From: an uncultured Eubacteriales bacterium
GTDB lineage: Bacteria > Bacillota > Clostridia > Oscillospirales > CAG-272
DNA: 64,000 nt
NCBI GenBank assembly: GCA_934467435.1
Contig: CAKSLR010000001.1
Location: 67-64,066, forward strand
Reading direction: 5' to 3'
How positions within the stretch are numbered: the first letter of the stretch is position 1; the number at the start of each line of letters is the position of its first letter. The notes beneath the pieces were generated by a model, which was not told where the DNA came from, did not search any database, and saw only the letters and a program-made list of their open reading frames with translations. This document shows positions 7,877-14,312 of this stretch, in pieces. The position numbers were made by a program, and so were the translations under genes.

Positions 7877-8785
7877 ATGGAAAAAACGGCATTTCTCTTT
7901 GCCGGTCAGGGCGCGCAGAGCGTCGGGATGGGCAAAGATTTTTATGAAGAAAACGAAGCGGCACGCGCGGTGTTTGCGATGGGGGAACGACTTGCCCCCG
8001 GCATCACGGCGCTCTGTTTTGCGGGCGACAGTACGGAACTGAACCGCACCGAAAACACGCAGCCCGCCCTGTTTCTGACCGACCTTGCCATTGCCGCCGC
8101 GCTGCGTGCGGCGGGGGTGAGTGCGGACGGTGCGGCGGGCTTTTCGCTGGGGGAGATTCCCGCGCTTGCCTTTGCCGAAGTCCTATCGGAAGAAGAAGCG
8201 TTCCGCTTTGTACTGCTGCGCGGAAAGAGCATGGCAGCGGCAGCCGCCCGCCACGCGGGCGGCATGGCGGCAGCCCTGAAACTGCCGCCCGAACAGGTAG
8301 AGGAAATCTGCCGCCGCTTCCGTGAGATCTGGCCGGTCAACTATAACTGCCCGGGGCAGGTCTCCTGCGCGGGGAGTGCAGCGGAGATTGACGATTTCTG
8401 CGCCGCCGTCAAAGCGGCGGGGGGCAGAGCCGTCAAACTGCCGGTGAGCGGCGCGTTCCACACCCCGTATATGGAAGAAGCGGCACCCGCGCTGCGGGAA
8501 TTTCTTGCCGGCGCGGCGCTCGCGGCGCCCGCCATCCCGGTTTACGCCAACCGCACGGGCGAGCCTTACCCTGCCGACCCTGCGGAAATCACCGCGCGGC
8601 TGTGCGAGCAGGTTTTCTCCCCTGTGCTGTTTGAAAAGACGCTGCACCGGATGTGGGAGGACGGGTACCGCCGGTTCATCGAAGTCGGTGCGGGCAGCAC
8701 GCTCAGCGGCTTTGTGCGCCGTACCCTGCCCGATGCCGTTACGGTAACGGTGAACAACGTTGCCGCCATGGCGGCGCTCAACTGA
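7877..8785 (+). CDS. fabD: Malonyl-CoA:ACP transacylase
   Basis: Internal start MEKTAFLFAGQGAQSVGMG. GFSLGE nucleophile motif and GAFHTPYM. The ORF-track start at 7754 overlaps fabZ and is rejected. Confidence 0.85.
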   Translation: MEKTAFLFAGQGAQSVGMGKDFYEENEAARAVFAMGERLAPGITALCFAGDSTELNRTENTQPALFLTDLAIAAALRAAGVSADGAAGFSLGEIPALAFAEVLSEEEAFRFVLLRGKSMAAAAARHAGGMAAALKLPPEQVEEICRRFREIWPVNYNCPGQVSCAGSAAEIDDFCAAVKAAGGRAVKLPVSGAFHTPYMEEAAPALREFLAGAALAAPAIPVYANRTGEPYPADPAEITARLCEQVFSPVLFEKTLHRMWEDGYRRFIEVGAGSTLSGFVRRTLPDAVTVTVNNVAAMAALN

Positions 8786-8798
8786 CGGAGGTTCGCCG

Positions 8799-9611
8799 AT
8801 GGAAAACAACCGCAAAAGAACGCTGGACGACGTCCGCCGTTCGGAGAACACCAAAACCTGCCCGCGCTGCAAAGAACCGGTGCGCGAGGCGGTGCTTGCC
8901 GATACCTATTACATCTGCCCCCTTTGCGGGGCGCATTTTCCGATTCCCGCCCGCCTGCGGGCGGAGTACCTCTCGGACACCGGGCGGTTTTCGGAGTTAT
9001 TCGGGGAGGAGATCTTCACCGACCCGCTTGCCTTCCCCGACTATGAGGAAAAATTCCGCTCCTCCATGCAGAAGAGCGGCGAAAACGAAGGGGTGCTTTG
9101 CGGCACCACACAGATCGACGGTCACCACGCCTGCCTGTTTGTGATGAACCCCGAGTTCATGCTCGGTTCGATGGGCACGGTGGTGGGCGACCGCATTACC
9201 GCCCTGTTTGAATACGCGACCGAGCACCGTCTGCCCGTGATCGGCTACACGGTATCGGGCGGCGCGCGGATGCAGGAAGGGATGCTTTCGCTCATGCAGA
9301 TGGCAAAGGTTTCCGCCGCCGTGAAAAAACACAGCGAAAGCGGGCTTTTGTACATTGTGGGCATTACCGACCCGACCATGGGCGGGGTGACCGCCAGTTT
9401 TGCCATGCTGGGAGACGTGATTTTTGCCGAACCCGGCGCCCGCATCGGCTTTGCCGGAAAACGGGTGGTGGAGCAGGTCACGGGTGAAAAACTGCCCGAC
9501 AGTTTTCAGACTGCCGAGTTCCAACTCGAAAACGGGTTTCTTGACGAGATTGTAGAGCGGAAGGAACAGCGCGCGCACCTTGGCGTGCTGCTTGCCATCC
9601 ACGAAAGATAA
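8799..9611 (+). CDS. accD: Acetyl-CoA carboxylase carboxyltransferase beta subunit
   Basis: N-terminal Zn ribbon CPRCKEP...CPLCGAHF. GGAGG at 8787-8791 precedes the ATG at 8799. Confidence 0.85.
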   Translation: MENNRKRTLDDVRRSENTKTCPRCKEPVREAVLADTYYICPLCGAHFPIPARLRAEYLSDTGRFSELFGEEIFTDPLAFPDYEEKFRSSMQKSGENEGVLCGTTQIDGHHACLFVMNPEFMLGSMGTVVGDRITALFEYATEHRLPVIGYTVSGGARMQEGMLSLMQMAKVSAAVKKHSESGLLYIVGITDPTMGGVTASFAMLGDVIFAEPGARIGFAGKRVVEQVTGEKLPDSFQTAEFQLENGFLDEIVERKEQRAHLGVLLAIHER

Positions 9612-9622
9612 AGGAGAGAGCG

Positions 9623-10483
9623 ATGACCGAAGAACTGACGGTATATGATAAAATCTGCCGCACCCGGCAGAACGGACGTGCCACGGCGGCGGATTATATG
9701 CTATCGGGCGCCATTTTCACCGATTTCTGCGAGTTGCACGGCGACCGCTGCTTTGGGGACGACCACGCCGTGATCGGCGGCATTGCCCTGCTGCACGACT
9801 TGCCGGTAACGGTGGTCGGCATTGAAAAGGGGCGGGATATCAGCGAGCGGCTGTACCGCAACTTCGGCTGTGTGCTGCCCGAAGGATACCGCAAGGCGCT
9901 GCGCCTGATCCGGGAGGCGGAAAAGTTCCACCGCCCCGTTATCTGCTTTGTGGATACGCAGGGCGCCAACTGCGGCAAGGGCGCGGAGGAGCGCGGCGCG
10001 GGCGAGGCGATTGCCGAAAACCTGTTTGAACTGAGCGACATCCGCACCCCCATCATCACAGTCATGATCGGGGAAGGCGGCAGCGGCGGGGCGCTTGCCC
10101 TGGCGGTTGCCGACCGTGTGTGGATGCTGCGCAACGCCTATTATTCGGTCATTTCGCCCGAGTCGTGCGCCAGCATTCTGTTCAAGGATCCCCACCGCGC
10201 GCCCGAGGCGGCAGAGCACCTGCACCTGACGGCGGACGATTTGCTGGATATGCAGATTGTGGAGAAGGTGATTGAGGAGCCGGATGACTTCCGCGACAGC
10301 GCCGCCCGCGCCAACTTCATGGCATCGCTTGGCGATGCGCTGTACGCCGAACTGCGTACCCTTGCCCGACGCAAGCCCGAAAAACTGGTTGCCGAACGCT
10401 ATGAAAAATACCGCAAGATCGGACGTTACGATTCCTACGGCACGCGGAGCGGACTTTGGAGGTGGCGGCTGGGTGGAAACTGA
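9623..10483 (+). CDS. accA: Acetyl-CoA carboxylase carboxyltransferase alpha subunit
   Basis: FCELHGDRCFGDDHAVIGGIA..., FVDTQGANCG, GEGGSGGALA. Confidence 0.85.
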   Translation: MTEELTVYDKICRTRQNGRATAADYMLSGAIFTDFCELHGDRCFGDDHAVIGGIALLHDLPVTVVGIEKGRDISERLYRNFGCVLPEGYRKALRLIREAEKFHRPVICFVDTQGANCGKGAEERGAGEAIAENLFELSDIRTPIITVMIGEGGSGGALALAVADRVWMLRNAYYSVISPESCASILFKDPHRAPEAAEHLHLTADDLLDMQIVEKVIEEPDDFRDSAARANFMASLGDALYAELRTLARRKPEKLVAERYEKYRKIGRYDSYGTRSGLWRWRLGGN

Positions 10484-11240
10484 CGCACCGAAGAAAAAAG
10501 TTCTGGTTCTGAACGGCAGCCCGCACAAAGAAAAGAGCAGCACCATGGTTGTCACCCGTGCGTTTCTCAATGGGTTGACGAGAAAGGGAACCTACGAGGC
10601 GGAGACCATCTCCGTTGCCGCCCTGAAGGTGACCCCCTGCATGGGCTGCCTTTCATGCTGGGGACGCACCGAGGGCGAATGTGTCATCCGCGGGGATGAC
10701 GTTGCCGCCGTCAAGGAAAAAATCCTTGCGGCGGATCTTTTGCTGCTCAGTTTTCCCCTTTACTTTTTCGGGGTGCCGGGGCAGATGAAACTGCTCGGCG
10801 ACCGCCTGCTTTCGATGATGAAGACCTACCGCGGGCAAAAGGTACCTCCGGACGGTTCGCCCGCGCACGGGATGCGCGATCCGCGACCCGCGCAGAAAAT
10901 TCTTCTGATTTCGGGCTGCGCCTATGTGGAGACCGGGGAGGTTTACCAACCGACCCTCAAGCAATGCGACCTGATTTGCGGAAAGGGGGGCTATACTGCC
11001 GTGCTCTGCCCGCAACTGAAAACCATGCTGGATAACGGCGGCACGCGGGTGGAGCGGACGCTTGCCCGCTTCCGTGCGGCGGGAGAAGAATTTGAGAGAA
11101 GCGGAGCGCTTTCCGATGCGACCCTTGCTGCACTGACCCGTCCGCCGTTTTCCGATACGGTTTACAAGACCATCCTTGCCGAGGTGTGGCGCAAGGAGCG
11201 AGAGGAAGGAGAAAAAGCCCGTGGTACATCTTGCGATTGA
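10473..11240 (+). CDS. Flavodoxin-fold NAD(P)H/FMN oxidoreductase with compact 4-Cys motif (iron-sulfur flavoprotein, Isf-like)
   Basis: KKVLVLNGSPHKEKSSTM (FMN_red-type N-terminus). CMGCLSCWGRTEGEC is C-x2-C-x2-C-x7-C (nt 10638-10682). The GTG at 10473 sits 9 nt after GGAGG and overlaps the accA stop. Its own stop overlaps the plsX start. Confidence 0.65.
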   Translation: METDAPKKKVLVLNGSPHKEKSSTMVVTRAFLNGLTRKGTYEAETISVAALKVTPCMGCLSCWGRTEGECVIRGDDVAAVKEKILAADLLLLSFPLYFFGVPGQMKLLGDRLLSMMKTYRGQKVPPDGSPAHGMRDPRPAQKILLISGCAYVETGEVYQPTLKQCDLICGKGGYTAVLCPQLKTMLDNGGTRVERTLARFRAAGEEFERSGALSDATLAALTRPPFSDTVYKTILAEVWRKEREEGEKARGTSCD

Positions 11241-12192
11241 TCTTCTCGGTGCCGATACGCCGGAGGAGGAACTTTGCCGCGGGGCGGTGACTGCCCTGCG
11301 GAAAAACCCCGACCTTTACCTGCACCTGTTCGGCCATGCCGCGCGGTTGCAGCCATTGTTAGCCGAAAGTAAAATTTCGGTTGACCATTATGAAATTGTG
11401 GACTGCCCCGGTACGGTGACAAACGAGGACGCCTCTCTGACTGCCTACGAAAAAAAAGATGCCTCTATCGTGCGCGCCATGCAACTTGCCAAGGATCGGG
11501 CGGATGTGTGCGGGGTCATTACCTGCGGTTCTACCGGCGCGGTGCTGGTATCCGCGATCATGATTCTCGGTAAAATCCGCGGCATGCGCCCGGTGCTGGC
11601 AGTAGAACTGCAAAGCGAGGACGGCAAGCCGCTGCTGCTGCTGGACTGCGGCGCAAACATCGACAGCCGCGCGGAACTGTTGCTTTCATTTGCCCGGCTG
11701 GGGAACGCTTATATGAAGAGCAAAGGGCAGGACGCGCCGCGGATTGCCCTGCTTTCCAACGGTAGGGAGGATACAAAAGGCTGTGAAACCGTCAAGGAAG
11801 CAAATGCGCTGCTGCGCGCGACGGAAGGGTTGCACTTTATCGGCAATATTGAGGCGACCGATGCCCTGCGTGGGGAAACGGATGTCATCGTTTGCGACGG
11901 GTTCCACGGGAATATTCTGCTGAAAAGCATCGAAGGTACGGCAAAGTCCGTGCTCCGTCAACTGCAGAAGGCAAACATGGGTGACGGCGCACAGGCGGCG
12001 CTGGATGAAGTCTATCGCCGATATGATTTCAACGCGATGGGCGGGGCAGTTCTGCTCGGCGTCAACAAACTGGTGATGAAGGGACACGGCGCGGCAAAGG
12101 GGGATGCGATTGCAAACATGATCGCCCAGGCATACCCGCTTGCCGATCACGGTCTTGCCGACCGCATCCGGCAGATTTACGCCGGGGCGTAA
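11221..12192 (+). CDS. plsX: Phosphate acyltransferase PlsX
   Basis: AIDLLGAD, GSTGA and DCGAN motifs. GTG start at 11221 after GAAGGAG. Confidence 0.85.
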   Translation: MVHLAIDLLGADTPEEELCRGAVTALRKNPDLYLHLFGHAARLQPLLAESKISVDHYEIVDCPGTVTNEDASLTAYEKKDASIVRAMQLAKDRADVCGVITCGSTGAVLVSAIMILGKIRGMRPVLAVELQSEDGKPLLLLDCGANIDSRAELLLSFARLGNAYMKSKGQDAPRIALLSNGREDTKGCETVKEANALLRATEGLHFIGNIEATDALRGETDVIVCDGFHGNILLKSIEGTAKSVLRQLQKANMGDGAQAALDEVYRRYDFNAMGGAVLLGVNKLVMKGHGAAKGDAIANMIAQAYPLADHGLADRIRQIYAGA

Positions 12193-12489
12193 TCCCGCAA
12201 AAGATGGCTGTCGCTGAAACTGCCGTCTTCGGTAAAGACGGCTGCCACGCAGAGCACAACCACCTCTCGCAGATGGATGCTGCTCTGCAAAACACGGCTA
12301 CCGCCTATGGAGGTTGGCTACCCTGATGAAGCGCCACTCCTCCTGTTGGAAGGCTGCTATCCTACTAAAACACGACCACCTCTCACCGGAAGTCACGCAG
12401 AGAGTGGATGCCCTGCGGGAACTGCCGTATCCCGAGCATACCGCGGTTGCTGTTCTGCGAATGACGACTGCGCTTGCTCAACGCAAAAA

Positions 12490-12516
12490 GGAATGTGCCC
12501 ACGCACATTCCTTTTT
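12490..12516. terminator. Bidirectional intrinsic terminator (end of the plsX transcript)
   Basis: GGAATGTGC-ccac-GCACATTCC, flanked by AAAAA upstream and TTTTT downstream. Confidence 0.75.
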
Positions 12517-12575
12517 GATTGTGTCAAGAAAGCCACCCGCTGAACGGGTAGTTTCAAAAAGGCTTTTGCCGCTAA

Positions 12576-12606
12576 ACAAAAAGCCCCCGCGATTTCTCGC
12601 GGGGGC
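12576..12606 (-). terminator. Intrinsic terminator of the 12654-13880 gene
   Basis: GCCCCCGCGA-tttc-TCGCGGGGGC, followed on the minus strand by TTTTTGTTT. Confidence 0.75.
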
Positions 12607-12653
12607 GTTCGCCGCAGGAGCGCCAAAGGCTACCTTCCTATCCGGCGAAAATA

Positions 12654-13880
12654 TTACTCTTCATCATCCTTCTTACGACGGAAGGCGAAGAACCCGGCTG
12701 CGCCGACCGCAGCCAACATCGCGAGCGAAGAACCGACCGCGATGGAAGAACCGCAACCGCCGCCACTACTGCCCGATGCTGCCGTGGTCGTGGTACCGCC
12801 GTTATTACCGGTTGCCTGCGTGCCGCCGTTGTTGGTCGTTACCTTGCCGCCATCATCCTTTTTGGTGGTGAAGACACGGTCGATCGTTACCTTTTTGGTG
12901 GTGGTACGGGAGGTAGGTTTTGCGGAGGTGGTACGCTCAACGGACGCGTCCGCAGCGCCGTACTCTGCGAGTTTGTTGTTCGGGATAATCGAATCATTCT
13001 TTACAACTTCCTCAGAGAGCGTAAAGGTATCATAGTAAGCAAGGGACGCACCCGCCGTCGGTTCGTTCATCGTTTCCCGGTAACCGCCGTTATAGTAACG
13101 GTTGTACTGCAGCGCGCTGTTGGTTACGGGGTTATAGGAATAACGGTCGTTCATCTGGAAGTCAAAGCGGATCGCCTGACCGTCCTTCAGCGTGATGCCC
13201 TGACCATCGGCGGAAATACCGAACTCAACGGCATAACCGGTGTCCAACTGTTGGAAACCCCAGCCCTGCTTCGAGAGATCCGTGTTTGCGCTCCAACCGA
13301 AGATGTTGGTGGTATCGGTAATCAGTTTACCGCCGTTCACGAACATACGACCCTTATCTTCATCATACTCATAGGTCTTATTCTCTTCCAGTACATAGCA
13401 GGAAGGCTGACCGTTGAACCCTTCGATACGGTACTGCAGACCGCGGTTCAGCACACCGTCACCCTTCAGGCCGGCAATGCCCCATTCCTGCTTACCGGTG
13501 TTGGTAAAGTCAATGAACATTTCCACCGAGTCAGACTCCCAGGGGTTCTTACCGGCGCCGTTCACTTCTACGTCATTTACGATGACATAGCAGTAAATCA
13601 TATTCGTCGCCTTCGACCATACAAAGCGGGCAATCCCGTGCGTATAAACGTCTTTCGGCGCATTCTTCGGGCTCATACCGATCACGAGCGGCTCTGCGGT
13701 CGTATAAGCTTCATCCATCTTACCGTCCACCTGAATCGGGTGGGCAGCATCTACCATTTTCACCTTACCAATATTCCGGGTGCCTTCGGCAGTATCGCCG
13801 TCCGCTGCCAGCAATGTACCCGTCAACACGGTTGCCAGAACCAGCACAAACGCCAAAACGCCAAATAGTGTTTTCTTCAT
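12654..13880 (-). CDS. Secreted CBM9/DOMON-like carbohydrate-binding protein with Thr/Gly-rich stalk and C-terminal membrane anchor
   Basis: Start MKKTLFGVLAFVLVLATVLTG (signal peptide) at 13880. IQVDGKMDEAY..., WESDSVEMFIDF, GYAVEFGIS and IRFDFQMNDR fit the CBM9-like pattern. The C-terminus reads ...SGSSGGGCGSS-IAVGSSLAMLAAVGAAGFFAF-RRKKDDEE. Confidence 0.7.
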   Translation of the reverse strand: MKKTLFGVLAFVLVLATVLTGTLLAADGDTAEGTRNIGKVKMVDAAHPIQVDGKMDEAYTTAEPLVIGMSPKNAPKDVYTHGIARFVWSKATNMIYCYVIVNDVEVNGAGKNPWESDSVEMFIDFTNTGKQEWGIAGLKGDGVLNRGLQYRIEGFNGQPSCYVLEENKTYEYDEDKGRMFVNGGKLITDTTNIFGWSANTDLSKQGWGFQQLDTGYAVEFGISADGQGITLKDGQAIRFDFQMNDRYSYNPVTNSALQYNRYYNGGYRETMNEPTAGASLAYYDTFTLSEEVVKNDSIIPNNKLAEYGAADASVERTTSAKPTSRTTTKKVTIDRVFTTKKDDGGKVTTNNGGTQATGNNGGTTTTAASGSSGGGCGSSIAVGSSLAMLAAVGAAGFFAFRRKKDDEE

Positions 13881-14017
13881 TGTTCGAATCCTTTCACCTT
13901 GTGGTTTGTTTTCGGCAAAATCACGGTAAAACGCAGTGAGTTGGGCAGAAAGCACAAACGGAAGATGCGCTTTTTGTGCAACTTTACTATTTTTCACCCA
14001 TTTACCTTTCTATCGTA

Positions 14018-14046
14018 ATTATACTATTTTCCTGTGGAATTGTAAA
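14018..14046 (-). promoter_or_regulatory. Promoter of the CBM9-like gene
   Basis: On the minus strand: TTTACA (14046-14041), 17-nt spacer, TATAAT (14023-14018). This implies a 5' UTR of about 130 nt. Confidence 0.55.
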
Positions 14047-14312
14047 GTATCAATTTTTATATACTGACGATATAAAGAAGTATATAGCGAGGCGATTTTT
14101 TCACCAAAACGCCCTGATTCTGACCGTGCGGGGTGGCTTTTTTCTTTTTCAAGAGCAAAAGAGAGTCAATTTTTCTGTTTTTTTGGTCATGTTGCCGATG
14201 TTTGTGCAATGTGTACAAATTCAAGCGGAACTTTTTGGCACCTTCACCGAATCTCGCCGTTTCCGTTTGATCCGATCGCCGGGGCGGAACCGTATATAAC
14301 ATAGGAAGAAAA

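Noticed and set aside
3675-8785. Aromatic type II polyketide synthase (KSalpha/KSbeta + ACP).
   Set aside because: There are no cyclase, aromatase, oxygenase or tailoring genes. The presence of FabG, FabZ, FabD, AccDA and PlsX fits reduced or polyene lipid chemistry rather than aromatic polyketides.
12214-12339. A small ORF (MAVAETAVFGKDGCHAEHNHLSQ...) downstream of plsX, considered as a possible rpmF (L32)-like gene. The region was also considered as tmRNA, RNase P, SRP RNA or a T-box.
   Set aside because: There is no RBS and none of the basic residues typical of L32. The signature sequences of the named RNAs are absent: the GGTTCGAAT T-arm, GAGGAAAGTCC, GGAAGCAGCC and GGTGGNACCGCG. The region is kept only as an unassigned candidate in the findings.
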